Below, in pieces: positions 12,441 to 26,262 of a stretch of 64,000 nucleotides of DNA. Location: assembly GCF_008831285.2 (NCBI RefSeq), contig NC_045138.2, forward strand, positions 16,182,001-16,246,000, in the 5' to 3' direction. Made by a program: the position numbers and the translations under genes. Every line of letters begins with the position of its first letter. Position 1 is the first letter of the stretch. The notes under the pieces are model-generated. The model did not search any database, was not told where the DNA came from, and saw only the letters and a list, made by a program, of their open reading frames with translations. The DNA is from Nymphaea colorata (taxonomy: Eukaryota).

Positions 12441-15208
12441 TCAGCAATTTTCTTTTCCGTCTTCGTCTTCACCTTTCTGAGCACCCATTATTTTAACGTC
12501 AGTTTTTCGTGCGGTAGCCTTGTACTCGTATCTACTGGAAACAATCAAGAAGTAGAGGAGATTGAAGCCTCCCAATACTGCGAGAAGGTAGTAATAGTAA
12601 TCGACTCTTCCTCTATTGATGTCATCTTCCAACCAGCTCTTCCCTCCACTCTTTGCAGTTGCTGTAGTGCTACGAACCAGAGACACCAAAAGGCTTGTAA
12701 GGTAGCTCGACAAGGCAAACGCGCAGTTCAGAAGTGAACCGGAGAAGCTCTTCATGTGATCAGGGAACTCTTTGTAGTAGAGCTCAATCTGTCCTATGGC
12801 GTAAAAGGCTTCAGCTAGACCAAGTATCACACACTGGGGCACTAACCACAGGACAGAGATTGGTGCAACTCCATTGATGTCTGGGTGAAGCAGAGCTGCA
12901 TGTATTCTCTTTCTTTCCACCATGGCCGATACCAACATCGACAGAACGGATAGAACCAACCCTATCCCCGTTCTCTGCAGCAGAGTTATGCCCTCTTCTT
13001 GATTTGTGATGTTTCTTGCCGCTGGGACTATGAGCCTGTCGTAAATGGGGATCCACAGTGTAACAGCAAGCAAGGAGAAGACACCAAGCGAACCAGGGGG
13101 GATTTGGAAGCTGCCTGTGCCAAGGCGTCTGTCCATTTTGAGGGCTTGCAGAACTGAGAAAGTGCCCTGCTGAGCCGCTGGTATGAAACAAAGCACACCA
13201 GCGATCCAGATGGGGAAAATTCCCACCAAGCATTTCAGTTCTTCCACTTTCTGCACAGAGGAAAGTCTCCAAGGATCGGCTGCCGATCCTTCTGGTGTTA
13301 TCTCAGCTTCTGAAACCACAATGGCAGCTTTGTTCAGAAACCTGCAGAGGAGGAAGAGATGAATTTACTTTCATGCTTGCGGTGGAAGGTTTTGTGTCAA
13401 TAGCAGAGAGAAATTCCAGAGAGTTGTCTCTATCAGAAAAGGTGCAATATTAAATTGTCCAGAGATACATGCATTGGTCCATACCTGCCCATTTCTTTTT
13501 CTTTTCTAATTGTAAAATAATTAGATAGCAGTTTAAACTAACTAAAAAAATGAAAAATATACTTATTTTTCCATGACCATATGAGCACAAGATTAGGGGC
13601 GAGGAAATCATGCAGCTGGCGGCTTCAATAGGTACAGCTCCTATGACACTCCCCTCAATTTTCCTTTTTTTATTTAAAAAATAGAAAAACAGTAATTTGA
13701 CATGATTAAAAAAATAAAAAATGCTTACTTTAAATTAATTCTGCGAGCCCGACGTCTTTTTGGCAACAGGCCCATCCCACAGTACTGACGACTGAGTGAC
13801 ATAAGAAGACGAGAAGAAGCTAAAATGATTTTTGGGTTGCTGTACATGGACAATTTTGGTCTATTTTGTCATTATCCAATAACAGGCCAGGACTGTGCAA
13901 GATTGATGAATCCAATAGTCATAAGTCTCTCTCTCTCTTCAATATTTACTTACTAAAAAATGCCTGCAAAAGGATAATACACCATGACAGCAGTCATGGG
14001 ATTCGAACCTTGAACAAATCCCTTGTATGTGAAATGACTTGTTGCACAATTACACTATGCCTCTTCGATAATTTTCTCTTGTCGGCAGAATGGATTTGTG
14101 AAGAACACAGTTTTGATTGTTTTAACTTTAAAATCAATTGCATTCAACTGGTATGAAACTCTTAAAATAAGAAAATTACCTGCAACATTTGGTTCGGGGA
14201 AATCCAAAGTCAAGTAAAATTAAATTGCAGAGAACATATTTATTCTGGTTTTTTTATAAAGAAAAATAACGATTTTATCTTACGTATATGTTTCCCTTAA
14301 AAATATTCCTTGAAAAAGCAAAATTTTCCTTGAGGCGGTGAGTTTTTTTTCCCGTAACTTTTTTTTTTCCGAGAAAGCCGTGTCCTTTTCCCCACAAAGA
14401 AACAAAACGTACTTCTTGTCGTTCTTGTACATGGTGGCATCGTCCTGAATGGGGGTGGACATGTCCGAATGATCGACTGTGATTTTATATGATTATATCA
14501 GAAGCCATTAGAAAGAAGCTTGGTTTATAGAGTGAGCATACCTGAGATTAGCAGTAAGAACGTACTTCGGTGTGGAAGACGGCGGGTCAAAGTAGACGGC
14601 CTTCTCCACATCAAGGTGGCGCTTCCTGTAACAGGCCACCAGCGCCTGGAGAATGCTGGTAAAAACGCTGCCCTCAGGCTCCACCATGACGTACATTTTG
14701 GTGCCGAGGAAGAAGACGATGATGGAGAAGAGCATCAGAAGTGCTGGGATCCCCAAGCCCAGCGACCAGCTCACGGAGTCTTGTATGTAAACCACGAGAG
14801 TGAGCGCTACCATCATGGAGATTGTGAAGGAGAAGTAGTACCAGTTGAAGAGGGTGTTGATATCCTTCCTCCCCTTCTCGCTCGCAGCATCGAACTGATC
14901 CACTGCAAATGCTACGTTGCAAGGCCTGATGCCGCCGGCGCCGATTGTTAGCAGAGCCAGCGCCGTGAAAAGGACGCCGAGATGCATCCGAGACGGTCCG
15001 GCGCATCCTCCGGCGCCGGCGTCATCGTGGCTGCACTCGGGGGGTCGTAGTTGTGGGAGTAACGCTGTTAGAGTTAGCACCACCATGCCCTACAGCAAAA
15101 ATGGAAAATCATTTTAGGCTTTTTTCCTCTTAATTATTTCTGTTTTTCTTTTGTTTTGAGAAAAATCTTTGAGATTGATATTCTTAAATTGGAATATATA
15201 TATATAAC

Positions 15209-15251
<43 letters not shown>

Positions 15252-16717
15252 ATATATATATATATATATATATACAAATATCAATAGTGTTTTTCTCTTG
15301 GGGTCAGATGACTCAGAGCCAATCATTCAAAGTAGCATCACTTGATTTTTTTTTTTTTTTTTATATAAAGGAGTCTTCGTGTATGATTTTGGAAAAATGA
15401 ATGGTGAATATGATAGACGCCATATTGTAGCTGACCATTTAATTTTTTACTCTCTCTCTCTAAACTCTTCTTCCCTTCGTCTAAGCTACCAATCATAGAT
15501 TGAGAAAATATTGATTGAGAAAAGAAGGAAAAGGAAAAAAGTAAAAAAAAAAAGAGGTGAGAAAAACAGTTCAAGAAGCAGCCTATTCCATTTTCTCTTA
15601 TTCTTGCATAATTCTTTCATTATTGGCTTTTCGAGATTATCGTTTTTTCTCTAAGATAAATGATGAATATTCTGAGCGACAGAAGAAAAATAAACTTGAA
15701 AATTTAATTATTTTAATGCTAGTTTTGCTTATTACATATATATATAGCTTTAATGGGAGTTTAATTTGCTAATTAATAAAGAAAAAATATTCTAATGAAT
15801 AATATTACGATCAAGTCCGGGCCTAATTAGATGGTGAGGATCACCACAAAAAACATAAGATCGACTTTTTGCTTTCTTGAAGATGTTGGAAAAAGTTTTC
15901 TGAAGGGAAAACTTTAGTGGATTTTAGCCGTTCATTTTTGGATCACAAAGAAACCATGATGCACCTCCCACGGCGGTGATTCAAATGCTTATCCTCGCTT
16001 GAACATCTGTAAATCACAGTGGGGAAAATTGAAGGAAACCAAAAGTTACAAATCCCAACTGATTTTTTTTTTTTTGTTTTGCAGAATCATTTGTAAATAA
16101 AATAAGTAAGTAATAAATAAAAGGTGTGTTCGAGTGCGTAATGTAGATCTGAGAGATGAGTACAGCGAGGGAGGCGAGCGAGGCGAAGGCCAAGGTGCGG
16201 AAGCGGCCGAGGTAGGCGTCGGCGAGGTAGGCGCCGGCGAGAGGGGCCAAGTTGGCGGTGCCGGAGAAGATGTTGAGGACGTTGGTGGCGTAGACTTGCT
16301 TCATCTTGAACTTGTTCACAAGGTACACCATGAAGTTCGCCATCAGCCCGAACGCCGCCAGCTTCTCGAACGTCTCGTTCCCTGCCAATCACAGAGAAAC
16401 AATGTGACAGACCACCCAACCACCCCCCCTCATTTACTACGCAAACACACACACACACACACACACACAGACCATGGATTTCCGGCCATTCACGTACCTA
16501 TAACGAACGGCATAGATTTCCATCCACCGTGCTTCTTCACGGCAGCCGCCTCTCTCGGCGCTTCCTCATCACCACCACCACCACCACCATGGTCGCAGCC
16601 GCCGCTATCACCACCTTTTTCTGGCTTCATGGGGGGAGCAGACAAACAGAAGCATCTCATGCTGCAGTGGAGAGCTTCATAGTGTCTGACGGTGCTCTCT
16701 CCTTTCTCCTCCTCCAT
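12441..16717 (-). CDS. NPF2: NRT1/PTR family transporter, NPF2 clade (NPF2.10-2.13-like), 628 aa, 4 exons
   Basis: Exons 16717-16498, 16381-16164, 15089-14542 and 13341-12441 total 1887 nt with consistent phases. Motifs include GGWKSMPFVIGNETFEKLA (ExxEK), DAYLGRF, GAGGIRPC, FNWYY, LLQRxGIG and YKEFPDHMKS. Confidence 0.93.
13991..14063 (-). mobile_element. tRNA-derived SINE-like head in NPF intron 3
   Basis: The minus strand has an A-box-like TAGTGTAATTG followed by a perfect B box GGTTCGAATCC (13999-14009). No convincing tRNA cloverleaf is present. Confidence 0.45.
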
Positions 16718-19169
16718 CTTCCGACGGGGCCCTTTCCACTTCCTTTCGTTTCAGCTTCTTCCTTCCGCTTCCGTCCGTCCCTTGGGCAGAGCGGGACTGA
16801 CATTAATTCGTTTGCATCTACAGGTTGGTACGTATGTAGGGACAAGATGTCACAACTCATCCAGTTTTTTCTTTCTTTCTTTTTTTTTTTCTTTTAAATC
16901 TTATCCTCTCATCAACTTTTGTTCAGGACTGAGTTTATCTCTGGCCCTTAGAAAAATAATTAATTAGGTAAACAAATATAAAAAAGAAAAAGTCATCATA
17001 AATTTTTAAATGGGTCAATAATTTCTTTTTTCCTAAAAAACAGGGAGTGACGTATTAACAGGTACCATTGACGTTTTGAGTTTTAATCATTTATAAAAAT
17101 TTTGGGCAGTTAAGTTTCGTTTTAATGTTGGTCTAAATTAGGTCAAATCATTCAGATGTACATAATCGAATCTTTTGAATTTCCCAAAAGAAAAATGACA
17201 TATTTGCATGTATTCCATCAGCGATCGAATGATGTATGTCCTCTAAAAGCATGTGATCAATTAATATTTTGTCCAATGATTGAAATAAAAGTGATGGGTC
17301 TTTCCTAATTTTATTGCCTAAAAATCTTTTTTTATTTAATTAAAATGGTTTAAATGTTCTTTTTTTTCAATTATGACTTCGTAAACAAGTGCAAAAAGTT
17401 GGAAGCTGGCGCCCAAAGCCAATCATGGATTTATTTAAGGCCATGCATAATCTTGAAACTTTTATAACATTTGATCCATATACTAAAATTATTCAACTTT
17501 TTCTTTTTATCCTCATGGTTGGATTTATGAAATCCTGACGTAGGGTGGACCCAGATCGACTATGGAGAAACATTTTGCATTCTGAAATATTGTGTTAGAG
17601 CGTGTTTTGCTGTCCAAGTATATTTTGACCTTGGATAGAATGTAAGGATCCATATAGAAGGATCTGGATCTAGATGATTGAATCTAGGTTGATCTGGATC
17701 CATACAGCTGAATTCAGATCCATATATACATTCATCACTTGTTCTCTAGTTGAAGGAGCTTAATGCTTATGTGATCAGGCCCTATAAATCTAGAAATGAA
17801 ACCCTTTCTCTCTCCCTTTTTTTTCTTTTTTAGTAGCTACTTTCTTCTTATTTACTTCCATCCCCCCAGCTTTTTCTTTGCTTTTCCTACATCAAAACCA
17901 ATAGCCTCGAAGCACATAGCATAGTTGGTCGGATTGGTGGGCCCGTAAAAATTCAGTCATTAATTTGATTCCTGTAAGTGCTAAGACTATAAAAAAAAAA
18001 AAAAATACATAAACTGGCCATCTGTTGATTTAAAGCTCAGTACATGTGACATGCCAAAAAATACAAGGAAATGATTCACAAGTTACCATGTGCATAACCA
18101 ACTTTCCGAGTCAGGTTAAGTATATGTTAATTTTCCATAGAATTACTGATCAATCATTTTTACTGTATTAATCGATCAAGTAGAAACAATGCCTGCATAA
18201 TTCTCATACTCTTTTTACCGCATATGCACTTTTCTTCTCTCGCTTTCAGACATAAGACGGCCTTTTAAGGCTAGAGGCAGTGTAGGTGCCCTTTGGACGA
18301 CGAGGTCAACGAATAATACAACAAGAATTTAATAAGACGTCTCTATCCATAATATTCATTAGCTGCACTTAGGTTGCTATCTTGGCTTCTATATCTTTAT
18401 TGTTCTGTGTCTTTCTCTTTTTAATTTCTACGTTTATTCCATATTCGTTAGCTCTTTGTGCTGACCATGATAATCTTTCTCAAGTTTGCAAAAGGATTTA
18501 CTTCTGAATATTTCAAAGATGCACCTAAGTTTTGTGAATAATAAGAAAGGCACCTGTATAGGGTTGTGATATTGTTAAAAAGGATTTTGCTTACTTCTAG
18601 TGATCGGAAGCTAAGGCTCAATAATCAAAATATATTCTTGTCAGTGGAGCATGAAAGTGCAAAAAGGTTTAGGCGTCCAAGAGATCAGTCAAAATGAAAT
18701 TGGTCGTTTATTTTTTTCTTACTTAATTGCGACGTTTGGGAAATGAAAGAGAACGGTCATGGAATCATTAGAAGGGTACAAACTTTGAAGAGATCATGGG
18801 AAAATAGGGAGTTCCCAAACTAATATATTCAATACAAAGCAAAAATGAAGGTGTTTTTGTCATTTTGACTTATTAATTTCTCACCTTAAATTTAAATAGC
18901 CAAGTTTGATTAATTCGAAGCTGAAGCAGCAACATTTCTTTCACCCTATGCTGCATTTGTGAAGCTGCAGTGCGAAAAAATTGTCTGCCGGCACATTCAA
19001 TTATCAATGCAAGTTGAAATATAGTGGGGTTCCCCTAGAAGCACCAAAATCAAGGATAGTATTACCATCTCGCTCAACTGGACACACATTCAAGAATGTT
19101 TCTAATTTTTTTTTATGGGGGAAAAAATTTTTAGTCAATGTCAAATATGTTGTCAATGTTTCTATCATG

Positions 19170-19560
19170 ATTCAATGAACAGTACCCTTAGTTGAGTAAT
19201 ATCTTTCTGTGACAAAAAAGGTTTGCATCTTAGAAAGGTCTCGTGATGTGCATATTTCGATATGAAATGGAGATGTCGTGATGGTATTTTATGACTACAA
19301 AAATCCCGCAATTGTCTGGTAGATGTGGCTTGATAGATCACTGGTTCAAAACTTACGAGAGAAACCCTTGCCATATGGTCCAAAAATTTCAGCTTGGGTG
19401 CATCATGTGGAACATCCAGTTGATAGGGACTGCATGAAAATGGCAGTGCCCTTGCACAAGCCACTCCTCTCATCTACCTCATGGGTATTGTTCATCACAC
19501 ATCCTTTATAAAGTAAATCCATAGTTGCTTTGTTTGAATCAAATTTAGGTTGCAGTTCTA
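19170..19560 (+). mobile_element. Decayed LINE ORF2 C-terminal fragment
   Basis: Broken frames give TLAIWSK and LGCIMWNI, resembling the Trp-rich tail after the zf-RVT region of plant L1 elements. There are many stops and frameshifts. Confidence 0.35.
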
Positions 19561-20479
19561 CAGGGGTGGGTTCTATATGCAAGTTAAAGAATGTGAAGAT
19601 TAACCCTCCTGTTCACCCCACACGTACGTATTCTTTGTCATACTTTATCTTGCTAGAATCTGCATGGTTGCCTTGGTTGACTCAAATTAGGATGTGGAAT
19701 TGAATTTACTGTGACATATGATTCTTTGTTTCTGTTTTTCTCTTGCTAGATTCTTGCACATAGAGCTTAGGTTTTGTGTTTGTTAATGGTGTTAATCATG
19801 GAGAGTCGAGTCGAGTCGAGCCGAGCCGAGCTCGAGTTCAGGCTTACTTGTCAGTTAGCATAGAGCCTTAGCATCACAATGACAAGCATTCAAGATAAGA
19901 CACCTTGGATGACTTCAGGCCATCAAATTTTCATCCTTAAAAAAAAAACATTAGGCCATCAGATGTGCACCAAAGGAAAACATTCGTAGGGTTTGGCTTG
20001 GAGTACAAGACCTCATATATCCTTTAGAAGTCAATCGAAATACCACATGATCTCATAGCATAATGACATACATGTCTCATTGGAGAAGTTGAATTTACAT
20101 GCATGAACAAGCGCATGTGACATGGTATGTACCACTAGAAACTGCCACATCGTTGTTATGCCTTGGTTGTCTGCAGTGAAACAATTTTTGCAATCAATTG
20201 AATGCATATTAAGACCAAATGGACCCGTTCAGAAAACTACCCAAGACACCTTAAATTTCATGTATGAGAAAATTGGACAAGACCCAATCTTGCGACTATT
20301 TTTTTTCCTATAAACAATTTGAATTGAAGGCATGCATACTTTCGCCTCAAGGAGTATAGCATGGCTAGTTGGGTTAAGGGCCTGTAAAAAAACAAGTCCC
20401 TGGTTCTATTCCCATGAGTGTTAAGTGGTCATTCTATTCCAACCCAAGATGCAGCTCATGATCCTAGAGGCAGGAGCAA

Positions 20480-20940
20480 TTGAAGAGAGGAGGAGGCAGG
20501 TCCATCCCCAGGTAGTGGGTTGTTAATCTCCTGCTCAGAAAGTACGATAGACATATTTTTACCAGTGTTTTTTTCAAGAGAACTTTGTCTCTTGGTGCGA
20601 ACAGTATATCCAGATGGGTTTTACCATTTCTTTCAAAGAGAGTTCAGGTTTCTCTTTGATGGCATCAAAAGTAAAAGCTCTTCACTATATTCATCATATA
20701 AAGGTCACTAAGTCCAACCTCCTATATAGTGACTGCCCATCTTTCAGACGTGGGCGCAGCTCATCTAACAGATGAGTTGACAGTAACTAGAAATTTTGTT
20801 TGGGCTTGACTCAAGTAAAGAAGGGAAGTTTTATCCTTCGGTTGTTGCCTATTGTTATACACAATGACATCCAGGGTGCACTGTACCTGATTATTTCTCC
20901 AGTCATGAATCTCCTGATGGCGTTGAGAGTTGGGCTGTAG
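20480..20940 (-). mobile_element. Decayed LINE ORF2 fragment
   Basis: Broken frames give APWMSLCITIGNNRRI (VGNG-x-x-I-x-FW-like) and W*NPSGYTVRT (W..SGxYTVKS-like). Confidence 0.4.
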
Positions 20941-21282
20941 GATGTTATGATTCGAATCGAATGATTCAGATCAATTCTGATAACAGTGCCTCTTTTTGTT
21001 CATTACAAATTGTATAAAGCCAAAAATCTCGAGGTGAAGGGTCCTAAAACTGCTCTGTCTAGTTTTAACTCTGAACTTGTTTTGAAAAAGATAAGCATAT
21101 CACCATTCATTAGCATAAAGGAATGCATCTCTAACTCTTTCCTTTTCTAGATCAGCAGTTGAGGAAGGGTACTTAAAGAATGGTTTCATGAATCTTTACA
21201 TATGTCTGCTCTACTGATGCAGGCATGAGGCATGATAAGTGCCAACAGGTTCATTTTAGCATTCTCCTGCTGTAGGAAGATA

Positions 21283-24249
21283 TCAATTCTCCATTATCGT
21301 TTTTTCCTCATACTCATCTTCTTCTTTGGCTTTGTTTCTATGACCATTTTCCTTGTAGTGATCGCAACTAGACATAATCAGAAAGTAGGCGAAATTAAAG
21401 CGCGACATAACAATAATTAGCAAGTAAAAGTAATCTACTCTTCCTTCATTGATATCATTCTCAATCCAGCTGCTGCTTCCTTTCTTTGCAGTAGCTTTCT
21501 TCATCAGATTAACCAGAACAATACTTGAGTAGCTCGCGCCGGCCATGGTGCAGAAGAAGAGGGAACCAGCAACACCCTTCATGTGCTCAGGAAATTCCTT
21601 ACCTGCCCTATACCACTGAATGCCTGCTACTAACATTATCAGAACTGAGAGTAACAGGCCTACTCCCATTCGTTGAAGCAGTATTATCCCCTGCTCTTGC
21701 TTTGTAATTCGCCGTGCCGCCCGCACCAGCAGGCAGTCGTACACCGGGATCCAGATTTTGAGGGCAAGCATGAAGAAAATGACAAGTGATCCTGAAGCGA
21801 TATGAAAATTTGATGAACCAAGGTGTCTGTCCATTTTGCGGGCTTGCAGAACAGAGAATGTGCCTTGTTGAACCACTGCCATGAAGAAACCTGAGGAAAT
21901 GTTTGAGAAAATGTGACGAAATCAAAAGAAAACTGAAACATCATGCCAAAATATGAAAAAGTTTCATTAAGACTCAAGTATGAAGAGCTTAAGATCCTAC
22001 AGGTCCTTGTAGAATGGAGTTGAAACAAGTTGGAAAGGGAGTCGGCTGAACCGGACCCGTTAACAGGCTTACCTGAGTCGATCAATCAGCAGGAGATTGG
22101 AGGAGGAGGACTGAGGGGCAAAGTAGACAGCGTCCTCCACGAACTCAACATGGCGCTTTCTGAAAGCGGCAGGCATTACCTGGAACATGCCCGTGAACAC
22201 GCTTCCTCTGGGCTCCACGATCACGTAAAGTTTGGTTCCAAGGTAGAAGAAAGTGAAAGAAAAAAGCATGAAAGCTGTGGGGATGGCGAGGCCCAGAGAC
22301 CAGCTCACACCGTCCTGGACGTACACCACGACCGTGAGCACCACCATCATGGAGACAGTGAAGCTGAAGTAGCATCAGTTGAAGAGTCTATTGATGGCCT
22401 TCCTCCCTTCGTCGGTGGCTGCATCGAACTTGTCCGCGCTGAAGGGGAGGCCCGAGGCTGCAGGGCCTGATTCCACCAGCAGTACCGATGATTAGCAGCG
22501 CCAAGGCCAGGAAGAGCAGCGCCAGCTGCGGGTGAGATGGATCTATGCAACCGCTGCTGCTGCCGCCGGCGGCGGCGTTATTGTGTTGGTGGGTCGGGTG
22601 ACCTTAGCAGCGGTAGTGCTGCAGTTAGTGTGACTGTGAGTACCAACATTCCCTGTCATTGTCACGGAAAAATGTCAATAACTTTGTATCTGTCTTGCTT
22701 ATTACGAAAGACAGAGAGAGAGATAGTTTACTTCAGGTTCCTTAATTAGACGGTGAAATATTAGAGGCTACACGCTTCTTGGCATTCTAAAGAGGTTAGA
22801 TGAACTTGTATGCGCAAAAGAAAAGGACGAAAAAGTAACTAAAATTGGAAGGTGAACGACTCTCTTTGTTTTCTTTTAAAGGTTAAGAATCTCTTGCTTC
22901 ATCCAAAAGAAATTGAAGCGGCTTTCGACTAAACTATACTTATTGAAAGAACCTGGCTCCCAATATACATATTCCTAGCAAATTAATTTCCTTCTCTCAT
23001 TAGCCGTTCTTGAGCTCGAAGTTTAAGAAGAGGGTCTCTCCTCTGCACGTGCTCATGGTGTAGTATAATTCATTTGATCAGAGGTACCAGTAGAAAGGCG
23101 TGGAGGAAAACTGGAGAAGGCCAAGGTGCGGAAGCGGCCGAAGCATGCGTCTGGGAGTTAGGCAGCCAGGAGAGGGGGGCGAAGTTGGTAGTCCCCGAGA
23201 AGATGTTGACGACGTTGGTGGCAACCACCAGATCCATGTTGAACTTGGTGAGTAGGAACACCAAGAAGTTGGCCAGCAGCCCCTAGGTTGCCAGCTTCTC
23301 CAATGCCTCGTCCCCTGCAGCTCAATTAATGAACGGCTGGAGCAGGGATTAGTGACTCTCTTTTATTAATGGAAAAACATTTTTATGAAGATTTCAATTC
23401 TGGGTGAACATGAGTCGAGTCGAGCCTGAGTTTAGTCAGCTCGAGCTCGGCTCGACTAATGAAACCTCGAGCTCAAAAATAGCTCGACTCGAGCTCCAAT
23501 CATTAAACAAATGACTTGGCTCAAACTCATTCACGAGCCGTGCTTTAACCAGTCGAGCTCGATCGTTGTTGACCCCTAATTAATTGATCATGAGTGCCAT
23601 AAGATAGACGATATCATGTCATTTTGTGGAGCAGATTGAGGATGAGGAGTTAACAGTACTAGCAGCGCATAAATCCTTGTTCATCATTCTCTCTCTCACA
23701 GAATTTGAGTTGTGGCACTCGTGGTGTAGAGCCTTGGATTTCATATATACTTAAGCGAAGGAGAGAGAAAGATAGCAGTAATGAAATGTATTAATTATCA
23801 ATATCTTTCTGGCATACTTTAATTAAAAAAAAAAACTCCCAAGATTTTAGCTGTCGAATAAGATCCAGAAACCACAAATTCATTACACAGAAAAAGCTTG
23901 TTACTTTGGATATCTAAATGGGACTTTATAAGCATATAATTTTTAGCAACTAAGGTTTTCAAATTGATATATTATGAAAAGTTGACCACAGTCAAATAAA
24001 GTGACTGTTAGGTTGTGAACCACAATCTTATATATTGTTAACAATATGAAAGCAAACGTTGATTTTGAAAATAAATTGCAGAAGACGGAGAAACTAAAAG
24101 GATATTACATATATTGAGAGAGAGATAGAGAGAGAGAGAGAGCACCTATGATGAAGGGCATAGAATTCCATCCACTATTGCTTTCTGACAGGCACATCTT
24201 CTCCCACTCCAACTTCATCTTGATTCTCTTCTACTATCCTAGACGCCAT
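21283..24249 (-). pseudogene. NPF2 transporter pseudogene (tandem paralog of the 12441-16717 gene)
   Basis: It has the same 4-exon layout (24249-24146, 23314-23088, 22652-22073, 21890-21283). Exon 1 is frameshifted before SGWNSMPFIIG. There is an in-frame TAG at 23283-23285 (DEALEKLAT*) and a TGA replacing the W of FNWYY at 22375-22377. Exon 4 has two large internal deletions. Confidence 0.88.
23399..23578. mobile_element. TCGAG-rich MITE-like element (related fragments at ~19790-19845 and ~39063-39245)
   Basis: Dense GAGTCGAG/CTCGAGCTCG motifs with GGGTGAACA..TGTTGACCCCTA termini. The same motif composition recurs at two other sites. Confidence 0.5.
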
Positions 24250-25059
24250 GGATGCGCGAAGAACAGCCACTAAAGCAACCGTATCACAGGTAAAAGAAAG
24301 TAATTATATTGATAACGACCAATCCTCTCCATCTCTTTATTAATGGGCCAATGGCTTCTCTTCTCTTTATTACGTCAAGTACTGCTCCGTATCTTCGTGT
24401 AAGATATTTACAAATAATCTAAGAGCTACAACTGATGATCTCGTGCTTACACAAACATGGCAGCTTATCAAATGGCTGACGCATTAGAATCATCCACTTC
24501 GTTGATTTGTGGTGTTTTGGTGAGGACTAATGCACCATGTAGTCTTCTTGGTTGTTGCACCAACGTTTAGGCCAAGTAGCCCCAACTTTAGGGACAGTGC
24601 ATTTTGTTGTAAAAAAAATTGACATTTAAGGAAACTGGGGGGAGAGAGAGAGAGAGAGAGATGCATGAAAATCTAATTTTCAAGTAGAGTAGATGCACCT
24701 TATTGATCTGAAAAAACGTTTTTAGATCCTATACTCAGTGCCACTTCTACCTCTTCATATTTTCGTCAAAAATTGTCCCGAGATTAAAGGCAAGATCCGT
24801 TTCTGCACAACCTTAACAGCTCCGCCAGAATTTTTTAACCCTGGATAAGCATAAAGGTCTTTTATATTAACTAAATAACAGTCAAAAGAATATAATAAAT
24901 ATAAAAATGTGAAAATAATTAAAAGATTATTCTGAAGGTATGATAACAAGGTCAAGTTGCTCATGAAAATTAAAATCTCTTCAACTAGAAACTATTATCT
25001 ATTAACAGATTATTTGAATATAAATAGGTCAAGCACAAACCATGGCATGTGGCTAAATT

Positions 25060-25800
25060 AATTAAGTGCTCTGCCATAAGGAGGAAGACCACTTTATTTC
25101 TTGTTCCACCCTTCCAATGTAAGTGACCAGAAAGCGACACCTGAAGTTGTCATCCATAGACTACCACTATCTTTGCCAAAAATCATATCACAGTGCTGGT
25201 TGTCTATTGGCGTCACTTTCTCTTGTTTCTCTCAGTTGGTACTGAGCAATTCAAAATGTACCAACATAAACATGGAGTTTTTTAACCTGAGATTTATGAG
25301 ATTGCTGATCTTACCGCTTGTCATTAGCTTCCTACGAAGATGATTGCTCACAGGGATGATTGCCTCCACTTTTATCCCGAACACCCACAATTGATTCCTC
25401 ATCCCTATACAACTCTATGGTGCCACCATCTTCCAACTGAGGGACTGTGGGGTGTGTGGAAATGGATAACTGTTAATATGCAAGATTACATTGTCCAGTG
25501 GATCTGGTCTGTGATATAAACCTCAGGGGTTCAATGGATTGTTGGAAGTCGGAACTTCTAGTGCATTGTTTAATTAAAGCCAATGGAATTTCCATGTTCC
25601 CATTTGTTATGGTATCACCTTTTTGTTAGTCTTGATGACTCCAGTAAGTTTCCCCTTCAAACACTTTTGTTCGACTTCTCGAAAATGCATATTAGTTGCG
25701 ATGAAGTTGTAACCAACTTCAACCATGTGAACGTTCTGCAAGTTGAGCCGATAGACAACAATCGTCTTTTTTAGATCCACGACAGTCACTAGTCGGCATT
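25060..25800 (-). mobile_element. Decayed LINE ORF2 3' fragment
   Basis: Broken frames give VEVGYNFI, GSLWMTTSGVAFWSL and RNKVVF, matching the W..IWxERNxxxF-type tail of plant L1 ORF2. Confidence 0.45.
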
Positions 25801-26262
25801 CATTCTCTCAGGTAGGCCGGACTACTTTAGACTGAGTTTAGTAAGCGTAATTACAAAGCCCTCTGACATTCTCACGGTCTCCGTCCCCTCCCTTCCCTTG
25901 AAAAAAAACGCAAGGCGGCCATCAATGCAATTTCCATGGAAGAACAACACAAAAAACCGCCAGCACCGACTTCCCTTTTATGCTACAGTTGCTTTGTTCA
26001 AATCTGTTTTAGTGGGTGTCCATTCCCTCTCCATTCATTTCCTGAGGTACTCTCTCTGCAACTGAACCAGCAGTAACGCTGACTCTACTTCACTTTTTTG
26101 GGCAAAGATGCAGGCCTTCACACTTTCCAGACTAATCTATGTTCTTTGCTTCCACGGAAGAAATTCTCTCTCATTATGGGGGGAAATCCAGACCGATCAC
26201 CTTTGGTGAGGCGACCTCCACATGACTCCTTTTGCTTTTCCTGAGGGGTTTAATCTTCATTC

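Noticed and set aside
13991..14063. tRNA gene
   Set aside because: A B box is present, but no acceptor or anticodon stems could be paired. It is reported as SINE-like instead.
14520..16967. Many overlapping ORFs over the NPF exons
   Set aside because: GC-rich coding exons have few stop codons in alternative frames. One spliced NPF model explains the region.
25060..25800. Endogenous viral element or novel gene
   Set aside because: The protein-like fragments are interrupted by stops and fit the LINE ORF2 tail better. No viral hallmark motif was seen.
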